A program made the position numbers and the translations under genes. 64,000 nucleotides of DNA from Candidatus Caenarcanales bacterium (lineage in GTDB: Bacteria > Cyanobacteriota > Vampirovibrionia > LMEP-6097): assembly GCA_013216135.1 (NCBI GenBank), contig JABSOS010000016.1, positions 6,718-70,717 on the forward strand, given 5' to 3'. The notes under the pieces were generated by a model, which worked only from the letters and a program-made list of their open reading frames with translations, was not told where the DNA came from and did no database searches. Positions 27,700-38,290 of this stretch are shown here, in pieces; positions within the stretch are counted from its first letter, which is position 1, and each line of letters starts with the position of its first letter.

Positions 27700-29091
27700 C
27701 TAATCAAGTAAAGTCTTTGTTTGATATCTATGACTCTGAATATAAGAAAGAATCTGATTTCTTACATCTACAGCGACACCAACTAAGATGATTAAACTAG
27801 TAGATCCTAAACCACCTAAAGTGTTTACTTGGAACCACTGCTCAGCGTGGATTGGTAAAACCGCAATTAAACCAATAGAGCCTGCACCAATTAAAACTAA
27901 TCTTGAAATAGTCTTCTCAAGGAAATCACATGTAGGCTTTCCAGGCTTAACACCTTCAAGTGAGCTACCTGATTTCTTTAAGTTATCAGCTATATCTCTA
28001 GGGTTAAGAACGATAGATGAATAGAAGAAGGTAAAAGCAACGATTAGAACTAAATAAACAATCGAATGCTCAACTTTCGAATACTGGAAAATATACTCAA
28101 TTCTTTCAGCTATCCATGAACCAAATCCACCAATTGAAGTTCCAGCTAAGGCAGTTACTCCAGGAAACGCTGCAAAAGTCTCTCTTAATAAAATTGAAAC
28201 TGATTTATCTTGCATCCCAGCAAAAGTTAATAACTGAACTGGCATAAATAAAAGTGCACTAGCAAAGATGATAGGTAAAACACCTGCCGGATTTATTTTT
28301 AAAGGTAAAGCATGATCTTTAGTAACTACAGACTGCTTTCTTGCCCCAAAAATAGTTAGATTTCTAGAACCTTCTTGAATATAAATAATTAAAACGGTTA
28401 ATGCTAAGAATAAAGCTACTAGGGCAATTACACCCCACTGAGGGCTAGAACCAACTCTAAGTGCTGTAGCAGTATCTTTAATCATTACTGGAAGCTTAGA
28501 AGCAATACCAACAAATATTAATAAACTTGCTCCATTCCCCACACCTTTTTCAGTAATAACTTCACCTAACCACATTACGAATAGTGAAGTTACAGTTAAT
28601 ACTAAAATCGTTCTAGCATAGAATACAAATCCTGGATCTACTGCAATCTGAGCCACATCAAGGAATCTAGCTAAAGCTAAACTTTGGAAAAATGCTAGGA
28701 AAATAGTTAAAAAACGAGTAATTTTTTGAAATTGTTGTCTACCATCTTCACCATGATTTCTTTGAAGATCCTTTAAATATGGTACTACTTCAACCAAGAG
28801 CTGCATGATAATACTTGCAGTAATATATGGTCCGATACCTAAAGCAAAAATGGATAGAGCACTTAATGCTCCACCTGCAAACATATCAACTAAACCAAGT
28901 AACCCCGATGAGAGGACAGTACTTGATTGTAGTGCCTCTTGATCAACACCATATAGAGGTATATGAACACCAAATCTATATACTGCAATCATTACTGCAG
29001 TGAACAAAATCTTCTGCATTAAACCAGAAGATTTTGTTATTTCTTGAAAACTAAGTACTTGATTATTTTCAGACTTCAATTGCTTTACCAC
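27700..29091 (-). CDS. secY: preprotein translocase SecY
   Basis: 463 aa, 10 TM; typical SecY N-terminus and plug region; overlaps the rplO end. Confidence 0.9.
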   Translation of the reverse strand: MVKQLKSENNQVLSFQEITKSSGLMQKILFTAVMIAVYRFGVHIPLYGVDQEALQSSTVLSSGLLGLVDMFAGGALSALSIFALGIGPYITASIIMQLLVEVVPYLKDLQRNHGEDGRQQFQKITRFLTIFLAFFQSLALARFLDVAQIAVDPGFVFYARTILVLTVTSLFVMWLGEVITEKGVGNGASLLIFVGIASKLPVMIKDTATALRVGSSPQWGVIALVALFLALTVLIIYIQEGSRNLTIFGARKQSVVTKDHALPLKINPAGVLPIIFASALLFMPVQLLTFAGMQDKSVSILLRETFAAFPGVTALAGTSIGGFGSWIAERIEYIFQYSKVEHSIVYLVLIVAFTFFYSSIVLNPRDIADNLKKSGSSLEGVKPGKPTCDFLEKTISRLVLIGAGSIGLIAVLPIHAEQWFQVNTLGGLGSTSLIILVGVAVDVRNQILSYIQSHRYQTKTLLD

Positions 29092-29527
29092 CGGCTTTCT
29101 CTATAGCTTCTTTTGCAGATGCACTAAATTTGTTAGCTTTAACTGTAACAGCTTTAGTTAATTCACCTGCACCTAAAACTTTAAGTCCATATGGTTCAGC
29201 TTTCTTGATAATGCCGGCTTCCTCTAATACAAGTAAACTGATTTCAGTAATACCTTCTTCTGCTATGACTTGTAAGTCACTAAGATTAACAACAGAATAT
29301 TCTTTTCTATTAATTCTTGTGTTAACTTGTCTCTTTGGTAGACGTCTGTATAAAGGAGTCTGTCCACCTTCTCTCCAAGGCTTTTTAGAGTAACCAGATC
29401 TACATTTCTGTCCTCTCATTCCTCTACCACTAGTTTTACCAGCTCCAGAAGCAATACCTCTACCTTTTCTAGCTCTTTTTCTTGTAGCGCCTGTAGCACT
29501 ATCTAAATTTTTAAGATTTTCTGACAT
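29069..29527 (-). CDS. rplO: 50S ribosomal protein L15
   Basis: Gly/Arg-rich N-terminus 'RKRARKGRGIASGAGKTSGRG'. Confidence 0.85.
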   Translation of the reverse strand: MSENLKNLDSATGATRKRARKGRGIASGAGKTSGRGMRGQKCRSGYSKKPWREGGQTPLYRRLPKRQVNTRINRKEYSVVNLSDLQVIAEEGITEISLLVLEEAGIIKKAEPYGLKVLGAGELTKAVTVKANKFSASAKEAIEKAGGKAIEV

Positions 29528-29548
29528 TTTTAAACTCCTAGATTGCTA

Positions 29549-29773
29549 TTAAACTAGCTCCTCTACTTGAACTAAATGGTCAACTTTCTTAACCATTCCC
29601 ATTATAGTTGCAGAACCAAAATGCTCGACAACTGCGTTCGTTCTTCTAAGACCTAAAGACTCTAAAACTTTAGATTGTCTTTTTGAAGCTGCCGCATAAC
29701 CTCTTACTAATTTAATTGATAGTTTTTTCTTTTTTTGTTCTGCCATGATTCTATCCTTTAACCTTTTATGCAA
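29549..29773 (-). CDS. rpmD: 50S ribosomal protein L30
   Basis: 'GLGLRR' family motif, 74 aa. Confidence 0.75.
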   Translation of the reverse strand: MHKRLKDRIMAEQKKKKLSIKLVRGYAAASKRQSKVLESLGLRRTNAVVEHFGSATIMGMVKKVDHLVQVEELV

Positions 29774-30533
29774 AAAGCATTTGTTTAACAGTTAAACCTC
29801 TTAATTTTGCAACCTCTTTGAAACTTCTAAGTGATTGAAGTGCACCAACAGTCGCTCTTGCTACGTTTAATGGTGATTTAGAACCTTTAGACTTCGCTAA
29901 AATATCACCTAGTCCAGCAAGTTCTAAAACGATTCTAGCTGTACCACCAGCAATGATACCAGTACCTTCAGCAGCTGGCTTTAACATAATCTCAGATCCT
30001 GCTGATTTAGAAACAACTCTATGAGAAATAGTACTTCCAACCATAGAAATGTCAACTAAATTCTTTCTTGCATCGTAAACAGCTTTTCTAATAGCACTTA
30101 GTACTTCAGAAGCTTTACCTACTCCAACTCCAACTTTACCTTTTTCGTTACCGATAATAACAACTACTCTAAAAGATAGTTTCTTACCACCCTTAACTAC
30201 TTTAGTAACTCTTCTTACTTGAACAACTTTCTCTACATATTCAGCTTCTTGAGTTTCAGATCTTTTCTGTCTTCTTTGTCCGCCGTCTTTTTTCTTTTTC
30301 TTTTTGTTGAAAGCTTTTGCGTCAGATTTTTCTGAAGTAGTAGCAGCTTCTTTACCAATTACGGCATTAGAAGTATCATCCTTTTTACCTGCTGAAGCAG
30401 CAGTTTTATCATCAACTTTAGCTTCTGGATTGTTTTCTTTTTTATCCGCAGCTTTAGCTTCAACAGCTTTTTCTGTTTCTTTCACTTCAGTATTTTCGAC
30501 TTTATTTTCTTCTTTTTTTGCTTCTTCTGACAT
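29766..30533 (-). CDS. rpsE: 30S ribosomal protein S5 with about 95-aa Lys/Glu-rich N-terminal extension
   Basis: core 'RVTKVVKGGKKLSFRVVVIIGNEKGKVGVGVGKASEV'; 255 aa vs about 165 aa typical. Confidence 0.85.
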   Translation of the reverse strand: MSEEAKKEENKVENTEVKETEKAVEAKAADKKENNPEAKVDDKTAASAGKKDDTSNAVIGKEAATTSEKSDAKAFNKKKKKKDGGQRRQKRSETQEAEYVEKVVQVRRVTKVVKGGKKLSFRVVVIIGNEKGKVGVGVGKASEVLSAIRKAVYDARKNLVDISMVGSTISHRVVSKSAGSEIMLKPAAEGTGIIAGGTARIVLELAGLGDILAKSKGSKSPLNVARATVGALQSLRSFKEVAKLRGLTVKQMLFA

Positions 30534-30545
30534 AAAAAACTCCTA

Positions 30546-30932
30546 TTAGAACCATAGTCCCGATTCTCTTGCCGCATCAGCTAACGCTTTTACACGACCA
30601 TGATAAAGGTTACCACCCTTATCAAAGACTACAGTTTTTACTCCTTTTGCTTGAGCTAACTCAGCAATTTTCTTTCCTACTGCTTCAGCAGCACTTACAG
30701 TTGCACCTGAACTAAGATCTTTTTTAAGATCACTAGCATAAGATGCAGTACCACATAAAGTAATTGAACCTTTGTTTTCAGTAGCAGGATCAGCGTCAAC
30801 GATTATTTGTGCTGAGATGTGCTTATTAGATCTATAAACAGCTAATCTTGGTCTTTCTTGAGTACCATGAATTTTCTTCCTAGCTCTAACCTGTCTTTTC
30901 TGTCTTCTTACTTTTCTTGAACTTAACGCCAT
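30546..30932 (-). CDS. rplR: 50S ribosomal protein L18
   Basis: family-typical sequence. Confidence 0.8.
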   Translation of the reverse strand: MALSSRKVRRQKRQVRARKKIHGTQERPRLAVYRSNKHISAQIIVDADPATENKGSITLCGTASYASDLKKDLSSGATVSAAEAVGKKIAELAQAKGVKTVVFDKGGNLYHGRVKALADAARESGLWF

Positions 30933-30948
30933 TTATACTACCTCAAAC

Positions 30949-31506
30949 TTACTTACCACCAGACTTACCAGCTTTCTTACGAACGTGCTCGCCTTTATAT
31001 CTGATACCTTTTCCTTTATAAACTTCAACAGGTCTTAAAGATCTGATAGTCGCAGCGATCTGACCAACTAACTCTTTATCAGCTCCAGCAACTTTTATAC
31101 CAAGACCAGTTTTCTCAACTTCAAAACTAATTCCAGCAGGTGGCTCAAGAAGCTCAGGGTGAGACTTACCTAATTGGAAGTTAATGTTAGCTCCCTGTAA
31201 AGCTGCTCTGTAACCAACACCTTGGATTTCTAATTCTTTAGAGAAACCTACTGTTACACCAACAATCATGTTGTTAACAAGAGTTCTTGATAAACCATAG
31301 AATGCAGCTGATTGCTTAGTTTCTTTAGCTACAGTTAACTTTAACTTGATCTTATCTTCTAAAGTGATAGCGATCTCTGGACGAATTAATTTTTCTAATT
31401 CACCTTTAGGACCTTTAACCTTAACAAGAGTACCCAACTCAGACTCTTCCAATGTCACTTGGACATTTTCTGGGATTATTATTTCTTTTTTACCGATTCT
31501 TGACAT
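30949..31506 (-). CDS. rplF: 50S ribosomal protein L6
   Basis: 'MSRIGKK.I.IP' start. Confidence 0.85.
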   Translation of the reverse strand: MSRIGKKEIIIPENVQVTLEESELGTLVKVKGPKGELEKLIRPEIAITLEDKIKLKLTVAKETKQSAAFYGLSRTLVNNMIVGVTVGFSKELEIQGVGYRAALQGANINFQLGKSHPELLEPPAGISFEVEKTGLGIKVAGADKELVGQIAATIRSLRPVEVYKGKGIRYKGEHVRKKAGKSGGK

Positions 31507-31526
31507 TTTCTCTTATCCCTTTAAAA

Positions 31527-31964
31527 TTACCAAACTGTGCAAAGAAGCTCTCCACCGCATTTATCTGCTCTAGCTTTCCTATCAGTTATTAAACCTTTAT
31601 TAGTAGAAAGTACACAGATACCTAAACCATTAAGTACTCTAGGTACATATTTAGATTTAATATATTTTCTAAGACCAGGCTTAGAAACTCTTTTTAAACC
31701 TTTAATAGCCGGAACACCGCTTACATACTTTAATTCAACGATAATTGATTTAGTTGCAGGGTTATCATTGTTAACAATCTCATATGATTTGATATAACCT
31801 TCTTTCTGAAGTAAATCAACTAAACTTGCTTTTAATTTACTGAAAGGCACTAAAACTTTAGCTTTCTTAATAGTAATAGCGTTACGAATTCTAGTTAAGC
31901 AATCAGAAATTGGGTCATTGCTTACTTTATTCGACTTAATATTTAATTCTTTTGTTGCTGACAT
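31527..31964 (-). CDS. rpsH: 30S ribosomal protein S8
   Basis: 'DPISDCLTRIRNA'. Confidence 0.85.
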   Translation of the reverse strand: MSATKELNIKSNKVSNDPISDCLTRIRNAITIKKAKVLVPFSKLKASLVDLLQKEGYIKSYEIVNNDNPATKSIIVELKYVSGVPAIKGLKRVSKPGLRKYIKSKYVPRVLNGLGICVLSTNKGLITDRKARADKCGGELLCTVW

Positions 31965-31983
31965 CTTACTTATTAAACTCCTA

Positions 31984-32289
31984 TTACCAACTAGCCTTCG
32001 TTAAACCAGGTATTAAACCTTTATGTGCCATTTCTCTTAGAGAATTACGACATAAACCTAAATCTCTATGGTAACCACGAGGACGACCAGTTAACCAACA
32101 TCTGTTTCTATGTCTTACTCTTGAAGAGTTAAGAGGTAAATTTTCAAGTTTTTCCTGAATTAAAACTCTTTCTTCGAAATCAAGCTCAGGATTGTCTAAT
32201 TGCTTCTTAAGTTCAGCACGTTTTTTAGCGTACTTCTCAATTAACCTTTCTTTCTTTTTAGTTTTTTGAATACAAGATTTTTTCGCCAT
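31984..32289 (-). CDS. rpsN: 30S ribosomal protein S14 (long form)
   Basis: 101 aa, C-terminal 'RHRNRCWLTGRPRGYHRDLGLCR'. Confidence 0.85.
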   Translation of the reverse strand: MAKKSCIQKTKKKERLIEKYAKKRAELKKQLDNPELDFEERVLIQEKLENLPLNSSRVRHRNRCWLTGRPRGYHRDLGLCRNSLREMAHKGLIPGLTKASW

Positions 32290-32295
32290 GATTAA

Positions 32296-32856
32296 TTATC
32301 CTTTTGCTCCTGGTAATTTCTTGAACGGCATACCAAGCTTTTCTAAAAGTACTAAAGCATCTTTATCGTTAGTAGCTGTAGTACAGATAGTAATATCCAT
32401 ACCTCTGATAGCATCTACCTGATCATACTTGATCTCAGGGAAAATGATTTGCTCTTTAATACCTAGTGTATAGTTTCCTCTACCATCAAAAGCTTTTCTT
32501 GAGATACCTTGGAAATCTCTGATACGTGGCATCGCAATGTTAACAAGCTTACTGAAGAAGTTGTACATTTTCTCTTGTCTAAGAGTTACTTTAATACCGA
32601 TAGGCGCAGTTTCTCTTAATTTGAAACCAGCAATTGACTTCTTAGCTCTAGTGATAACTGGCTTTTGGCCAGAGATATTAGCTAATTCTTCAATAGCTCT
32701 TTCAAGGGTTTTTGAATTACCTGCAGACTCACCAAGACCAAAGTTGATAACAATCTTATCTAACTTAGGAATCTGGTGCACATTTGCACAGCCAAGCTCA
32801 TCTTTAAGATTGCTCTTGACTTCACTATTATACTTTTCTTTTAAACTAGTCGCCAT
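32296..32856 (-). CDS. rplE: 50S ribosomal protein L5
   Basis: family-typical sequence, 186 aa. Confidence 0.85.
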   Translation of the reverse strand: MATSLKEKYNSEVKSNLKDELGCANVHQIPKLDKIVINFGLGESAGNSKTLERAIEELANISGQKPVITRAKKSIAGFKLRETAPIGIKVTLRQEKMYNFFSKLVNIAMPRIRDFQGISRKAFDGRGNYTLGIKEQIIFPEIKYDQVDAIRGMDITICTTATNDKDALVLLEKLGMPFKKLPGAKG

Positions 32857-33296
32857 TAATCTAATTGCTCCCCACTTGCTTTGGAAATTCTAACTTTCTT
32901 TCCATTTTCAAGAACTTTTTTACCTACACGTGATGCTTTTTTAGCAGTCTCATCCCAAATCATTACATTAGATGCATAAATCGGTGATTCTACTTTAGAG
33001 ATCTCACTTTCTTGTCCAGGTGCGTAAGCTTTTTTATGCTTAGTTTTAATGTTTACACCCTCTACTAAAATTTTTCCGTTTTGGTAAACTTCAAGAACCT
33101 TAGAGATTTTACCTTTATCTGCACCAGCGATAACTACAACTTCATCACCACACTTAACGTGAGACTTAACTCTAGGGTTAGAAGCGCCAACTTTATTTAA
33201 GGCTCTTGATAAAAGTAACTTAGATCCTTTCTTTACGAAAGGCTTAACAGCTGCTTTAGTATATCTTTTTACTGGTTTCTTTTTCGTGTTCGGCAT
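32856..33296 (-). CDS. rplX: 50S ribosomal protein L24 with about 45-aa Lys-rich N-terminal extension
   Basis: KOW core '[20 protein letters not shown]'; 146 aa vs about 104 typical. Confidence 0.8.
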   Translation of the reverse strand: MPNTKKKPVKRYTKAAVKPFVKKGSKLLLSRALNKVGASNPRVKSHVKCGDEVVVIAGADKGKISKVLEVYQNGKILVEGVNIKTKHKKAYAPGQESEISKVESPIYASNVMIWDETAKKASRVGKKVLENGKKVRISKASGEQLD

Positions 33297-33661
33297 TATA
33301 CTACCTCCTGTGCAAGAGAAACGATTTTCATGAAACCATGCTCTCTTAATTCTCTAGCTATAGGACCAAATACACGAGAACCAATAGGATTTCCTGCTTT
33401 GTCAATTAAAACGCAAGCATTCTCATCAAATTCAATCCAACTACCATCTTTTCTTCTCTTACGCTTCTTCATACGTGCAACGACACCACGAACAATCGCA
33501 GATTTCTTTACTGACATGTTAGGAAGTGCATCCTTAACAGTAGCAACAAAAGTATCTCCAAGCTCTGCAAACTTTGCATTCGCTTTTAAAACTCTTATTA
33601 TTCTGACCCTTTTTGCGCCAGTGTTATCAGCAACATTTAACTCACTTTCTTGTTGTAACAT
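33296..33661 (-). CDS. rplN: 50S ribosomal protein L14
   Basis: '[16 protein letters not shown]'. Confidence 0.9.
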   Translation of the reverse strand: MLQQESELNVADNTGAKRVRIIRVLKANAKFAELGDTFVATVKDALPNMSVKKSAIVRGVVARMKKRKRRKDGSWIEFDENACVLIDKAGNPIGSRVFGPIARELREHGFMKIVSLAQEVV

Positions 33662-33671
33662 GCTTTATCCC

Positions 33672-33917
33672 TTAAATAGCTTTCTCCAATACGTTTAATA
33701 GAACCCATCTCTTAGACTTAGAAATAGGGCGTGATTCTTCAATAAGAACCTTGTCACCTTCAGCTGCTAGATTTTCTGGATCATGTGCAGCAAAAGTTTT
33801 AGATCTATTGATAATTTTGTGGTAACGCTTATGTTTTACTTTCGTAGTTACTAAAACTTGGATAGTTTTATCAACTTTAGCGCTCTTTACTATTCCGACT
33901 AAACTTCTCTTAGGCAT
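33672..33917 (-). CDS. rpsQ: 30S ribosomal protein S17
   Basis: family-typical sequence. Confidence 0.85.
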   Translation of the reverse strand: MPKRSLVGIVKSAKVDKTIQVLVTTKVKHKRYHKIINRSKTFAAHDPENLAAEGDKVLIEESRPISKSKRWVLLNVLEKAI

Positions 33918-34116
33918 TCTCTAGCTCTTCCTTTTCCTTGATTATCGTGTAAATTCTAGCTATGGACTTCTTAATCTCTCTGATTGAAGATAGATTCTCA
34001 AGTTTTCTTGAGTGAAGGGCCATTTTAGCCTCAAATAGATCATTATAAAGGGTTTCTAACTCAGATTTCAAATCTTCTAATGATTTATCTCTAAGATCTT
34101 TAGCTTTCAATAACAT
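33910..34116 (-). CDS. rpmC: 50S ribosomal protein L29
   Basis: 68 aa helical, family position between L16 and S17. Confidence 0.8.
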   Translation of the reverse strand: MLLKAKDLRDKSLEDLKSELETLYNDLFEAKMALHSRKLENLSSIREIKKSIARIYTIIKEKEELENA

Positions 34117-34530
34117 TTATAAGCCCTCCTTAGTAATGACTTTACATTTACATGGAAACTTAGCAGCAGCTAGCTCAAGTGCTCTTTTAGCTAAAGCTAA
34201 ATCAACACCAGCGATTTCAAAAATCACTCTACCTGGCTTAACAACAGCTACCCAAAACTCTGGATTACCTTTACCAGCACCCATTCTAGTTTCAGCTGGT
34301 CTCATCGTAATCGGCTTATCAGGGAAAATTCTAATCCAGATTCTACCACCCCTCTTGATGTGACGAGTCATAGCTCTTCTGGCTGCCTCAATCTGTCTAG
34401 AAGTGATCCATTTAGGCTCTAGAGCTTGAAGACCGATATCACCAAAATGAATCGCAGCACCACGGGTTTCCTTACCCTTCATGCGCCCACGCATTTGTTT
34501 TCTAAATTTAGTTCTCTTAGGCTGCAGCAT
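34117..34530 (-). CDS. rplP: 50S ribosomal protein L16
   Basis: '[19 protein letters not shown]'. Confidence 0.9.
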   Translation of the reverse strand: MLQPKRTKFRKQMRGRMKGKETRGAAIHFGDIGLQALEPKWITSRQIEAARRAMTRHIKRGGRIWIRIFPDKPITMRPAETRMGAGKGNPEFWVAVVKPGRVIFEIAGVDLALAKRALELAAAKFPCKCKVITKEGL

Positions 34531-35233
34531 TAGCTGTTACTCCTCCCATATTTCCAGCAGCAGCTTTAATGTTTAATTTAGCTTTCTCTCCTGGCTTAAG
34601 AATTCCATGATTTACCCAAACTTTAATACCAATGTTTCCATAAGTAGTTAATGCTTCAGCAAAACCATAATCGATGTTAGCTCTGAAAGTGTGACAAGGA
34701 ACACTACCTTCCTGAGATCTCTCAGTTCTAGCAATTTCAATACCTGCTAATCTTCCAGAAACTTCAATCTTGATTCCAGTAGCTCCTGCTCTCATCGCTC
34801 TCTGGATAGATTGTTTCATAGCTCTTCTGAAAGCTATTCTTCTTTCTAATTGTTGAGCGATACTTTCAGCGATTAATTGAGCATCTACATCAATTTTATT
34901 AACCTCAAAAACGTTTACTTGTAAAGTTAAGTCTGGTCTATTAATAAGAGCAGTAAGCTCAGATCTTAAGTTATCTAAACCTTCGTTAGATTTACCAAAT
35001 ACTAAACCAGGTCTTGCAGTCATTAAGTTAACCTGAACTTGACCAGGCTTTCTTTGAATGATAATTTTACTGATTCCTGCATTTTTTAGCTTCTTCTTAA
35101 CGTACTTTCTGATAAGAGTATCTTCTTGAAGTACGTAGGCAAATTGACCAGCTCTAAATTCTACATATGTTATAGAATCTGAAGATTCAACTATACCAAG
35201 TCTATTTGCGCGTGGTGGTACCTTCTGTCCCAT
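34517..35233 (-). CDS. rpsC: 30S ribosomal protein S3
   Basis: 'MGQKV.P...RLGI', KH domain. Confidence 0.9.
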   Translation of the reverse strand: MGQKVPPRANRLGIVESSDSITYVEFRAGQFAYVLQEDTLIRKYVKKKLKNAGISKIIIQRKPGQVQVNLMTARPGLVFGKSNEGLDNLRSELTALINRPDLTLQVNVFEVNKIDVDAQLIAESIAQQLERRIAFRRAMKQSIQRAMRAGATGIKIEVSGRLAGIEIARTERSQEGSVPCHTFRANIDYGFAEALTTYGNIGIKVWVNHGILKPGEKAKLNIKAAAGNMGGVTANAAA

Positions 35234-35664
35234 TACTTGCTAAGCTCCTTATTTTCCTTTTTCCAGTTTTTCTTGTTTCTAGGTGAAGTTTCCCAAACGT
35301 AGCTACCATACTCAGCTGGAGTCATATCACTTAAAACTATGTTCATTTGTGAACATCTCTTGTAGATAGAGAAAGCACGACCTCTCGCTCTTGCTCTGTA
35401 TCTCTTAAGGATGCTCTTATCATCTACTAAGAATTGTGAGATGTGTAATTCTTCTGGATTTTCGATACCATGGTTCGCTTTAGCGTTCGCCATAGCACTC
35501 ATAAGAAGTTTTTTAACTGGAGTAGCTGCTGCATAAGGTAAAAACCTTAATGTAGTTAAAGCCTCACCAGCTTTCATATTTCTAATAAGATTAACAGTTC
35601 TGCGAAGTTTTCTTGCAGTCTGTCTAATAAATCCTAATCTTGCTTTTACTGTTACTTTTTCCAT
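35233..35664 (-). CDS. rplV: 50S ribosomal protein L22
   Basis: family-typical sequence. Confidence 0.85.
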   Translation of the reverse strand: MEKVTVKARLGFIRQTARKLRRTVNLIRNMKAGEALTTLRFLPYAAATPVKKLLMSAMANAKANHGIENPEELHISQFLVDDKSILKRYRARARGRAFSIYKRCSQMNIVLSDMTPAEYGSYVWETSPRNKKNWKKENKELSK

Positions 35665-35945
35665 TACCTGCCAACTTTTGCTTTCTTAGACCCAGCGTGC
35701 CCTCTAAATGTTCTTGTAAGAGCAAACTCTCCTAACCTATGACCGACCATTGACTCAGAGCAATACACAGGGATAAATTTTTGACCATTATAAACAGCGA
35801 TCGTGAAACCAACCATCTCAGGAAGAATCATTGATGATCTCTTCCAAGTCTTAATTACTTTCTTCTCACCTTTTTCGATCATCTCTTGGAGTTTTTTCCA
35901 AAGAGAGTGATGTACGTATGGTCCTTTTTTTGTTGAACGTGACAT
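35664..35945 (-). CDS. rpsS: 30S ribosomal protein S19
   Basis: '[11 protein letters not shown]', '[13 protein letters not shown]'. Confidence 0.9.
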   Translation of the reverse strand: MSRSTKKGPYVHHSLWKKLQEMIEKGEKKVIKTWKRSSMILPEMVGFTIAVYNGQKFIPVYCSESMVGHRLGEFALTRTFRGHAGSKKAKVGR

Positions 35946-35965
35946 AAATCTTTACCTATAACCTT

Positions 35966-36808
35966 TTAACTAGTAGCTGCTACCTTTCTTCCTCTTCTGT
36001 TTGTGATGATGTACTTAGAAGAACGCTTATTAGTTCTAGTCTTAACACCAACACGTTTACCTTTAAACGTCTTAGGAATACCACCGATAGGAGCTCTACC
36101 TTCACCACCACCATGAGGGTGATCAACAGGGTTCATCGCAGAACCTCTAACCGTAGGTCTAATACCTTTGTGTCTATTGATACCAGCTTTACCAGTAACA
36201 GTGTTCTTCTGGTCAGCATTACCTAAAGTACCAATAGTCGCGATACAGTCTAAATGAACTCTTCTTAACTCACCAGATGGAAGCTTGATAATCGCATAAT
36301 CACCATCTTTCGCTGATAACATCGCTGAAGAACCAGCAGATCTTACCATTTGAGCACCTTTACCAAGGTTTAATTCGATACAGTGAATAGTAGTACCTTG
36401 AGGGATGTCTCTTAAAGGTAAGCAGTTGCCTACAGAAATCTCTGACTCAGGGCCTGACTCAACAGTAGCACCAATATTTAAGCCTTTAGGGGCTAAAATA
36501 TAACGCTTTTCACCGTCTTTATAAAATAAAAGAGCTAAGTGTACATTCCTGTTCGGATCATACTCAATAGCTTTAACTGTAGCTGGAATACCAGCTTTAT
36601 TTCTTTTCCAATCAATAACTCTGTATTTTTTCTTAACAGCGCCACCCTTATGTCTACAAGTGATTCTTCCTAAGTTGTTTCTACCAGTGGACTTTTTAAG
36701 CTTGACAGTTAAAGATTTTTCTGGTGAAGACTTCGTAATGTCTTCTCTATCTAGAGTGATCATTCCTCTAGAGCCAGGTGTTTGTGGTTTTTTCTTTTGT
36801 AGGGCCAT
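35966..36808 (-). CDS. rplB: 50S ribosomal protein L2
   Basis: 'GRNN.GRIT.RH.GGG', '[14 protein letters not shown]'; first gene of the block, no S10/L3/L4/L23 upstream. Confidence 0.9.
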   Translation of the reverse strand: MALQKKKPQTPGSRGMITLDREDITKSSPEKSLTVKLKKSTGRNNLGRITCRHKGGAVKKKYRVIDWKRNKAGIPATVKAIEYDPNRNVHLALLFYKDGEKRYILAPKGLNIGATVESGPESEISVGNCLPLRDIPQGTTIHCIELNLGKGAQMVRSAGSSAMLSAKDGDYAIIKLPSGELRRVHLDCIATIGTLGNADQKNTVTGKAGINRHKGIRPTVRGSAMNPVDHPHGGGEGRAPIGGIPKTFKGKRVGVKTRTNKRSSKYIITNRRGRKVAATS

Positions 36809-37003
36809 GTCTTTTTCCTGAACTTATTTTTATTTACGAATACTTCGCATAAAAATAACGAACTAATATGATAGCAAAGTCTTTACCTCTTTAACCGTTT
36901 CAATTTGAAGAAAATCTAAAGATTTTAGCTTTACTTCTTTCTAATGCTTAACCATTCCTTAAAGTTGCCCCTATAGAATAGCACTAAGTCGGTTTTATCT
37001 AAG

Positions 37004-37300
37004 TTGGAGGATATTGTGAACCAAACTAAAAAGAAAATTAAATTAAATAAAGTAAGAGAAATTATTGCATCTCGCCTAAGAGATGACTTAAGGCAGCCAA
37101 CATTATTAAGATCTGCGATTCAGCAGGGTAAAAAAGAAAGAGAATCTGGTATTCCTGTATTTACACAAAGGGTTAACAAGGAAAATAGTGAGCCTGAAAT
37201 GAAGAAATTAACAGGAAATAGTACACCTATTAAAGATCCGAAGCAAGCTATGAAAAACTTTATTAAGCCAGTATCGATTTCTAAGATGATTGGGAAGTAA
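37004..37300 (+). CDS. small basic hypothetical protein
   Basis: about 95 aa Lys-rich ORF; GGAGG SD; start may be the GTG at 37016. Confidence 0.4.
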   Translation: MEDIVNQTKKKIKLNKVREIIASRLRDDLRQPTLLRSAIQQGKKERESGIPVFTQRVNKENSEPEMKKLTGNSTPIKDPKQAMKNFIKPVSISKMIGK

Positions 37301-37354
37301 ATAGTCTATTATATGTCTCTATAGCTATTCAAAGTTAATAGCTGTTATCAGCTT

Positions 37355-38290
37355 ATGATTTTTTTAATTCATGGAGAAGACGAATTTAGGGCTCAGCTGA
37401 GAGTTAAGGAGTTAACTCATGCCAAGGACTTTGAAGTTCTAGAAAATCCAAGTTTAAATCAAATCTCAGCAAAATTACAAGAAACTGGAAACTTATTGTT
37501 TCAAAAAAGTTCAGATCGTATTTTAGTTAAAAATACAGGTGTTTTTGCGAGCAAACAAGACGATAAAGAGCTTGAGTTCTTTCTAAAAGTCTTAAAAGAA
37601 GTTGCAAATGATAAAGAAATCGTTATCCATGCTAATACCTTTAAAGGCACGCTTAAAGTAGCGAAAGAATTGAAGAATCTACCTACAGCTAAAATCGAAC
37701 AGATTAAGGCTTTTAAAAGCTGGGATCAGAAGTTTTGTGCTGAATGGTTAGATAATGCGATTAAAAATCATACCGATTTGCAAATAGGTAGAAGAGATAT
37801 TATCGATTATGTCAACTACATGGGCTGTGAAGATACAGCGAAGCTGTTTACTGAGCTTGAAAGAATCGGAATTACCCATAAAAAAATTAATATCCAAATC
37901 ATAAAGGAATACTGCACAGCAAAGTATGACATCTTCGAGTTTATTAAATATTTAGCTAAAAATGACTCAATTCAAGCAATTAAAGAGCTGGAGAAAATAA
38001 AGAGTGATAGAAATCAGGAGAATAATTTAGGGTTTCTGAGCTTAATTCAAAGCAATATTGATCTTTATAAAACAGTCTTATTATTAATCCAGGAAAGATT
38101 TACAGATGAACAGATAGCTGGAGTGATCAATGCTAAAACAGGTAGGGTTTATCACCTAAAAAAAGATACGAGTTCTATGGATACTCAGCATTTAAATAAA
38201 CTGTCAGAAAAGTTACTAGAGTTTGAAACTAGGATCAAAACAGGATCTATGAAATTTTTAGATGCTTTAAGCCTGCTGGTTCATGTGTAA
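37355..38290 (+). CDS. holA: DNA polymerase III delta subunit (HolA)-like
   Basis: 311 aa; N-terminus 'MIFLIHGEDEFRAQ' resembles HolA starts; weak overall. Confidence 0.45.
   Translation: MIFLIHGEDEFRAQLRVKELTHAKDFEVLENPSLNQISAKLQETGNLLFQKSSDRILVKNTGVFASKQDDKELEFFLKVLKEVANDKEIVIHANTFKGTLKVAKELKNLPTAKIEQIKAFKSWDQKFCAEWLDNAIKNHTDLQIGRRDIIDYVNYMGCEDTAKLFTELERIGITHKKINIQIIKEYCTAKYDIFEFIKYLAKNDSIQAIKELEKIKSDRNQENNLGFLSLIQSNIDLYKTVLLLIQERFTDEQIAGVINAKTGRVYHLKKDTSSMDTQHLNKLSEKLLEFETRIKTGSMKFLDALSLLVHV

Noticed and set aside
29130-34363. ORFs antisense to ribosomal protein genes (29130-29393, 30304-30549, 31346-31573, 31537-31797, 32537-32893, 33330-33698, 34136-34363)
   Set aside because: Overlap highly conserved r-protein CDSs on the opposite strand. 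No RBS. Spurious.
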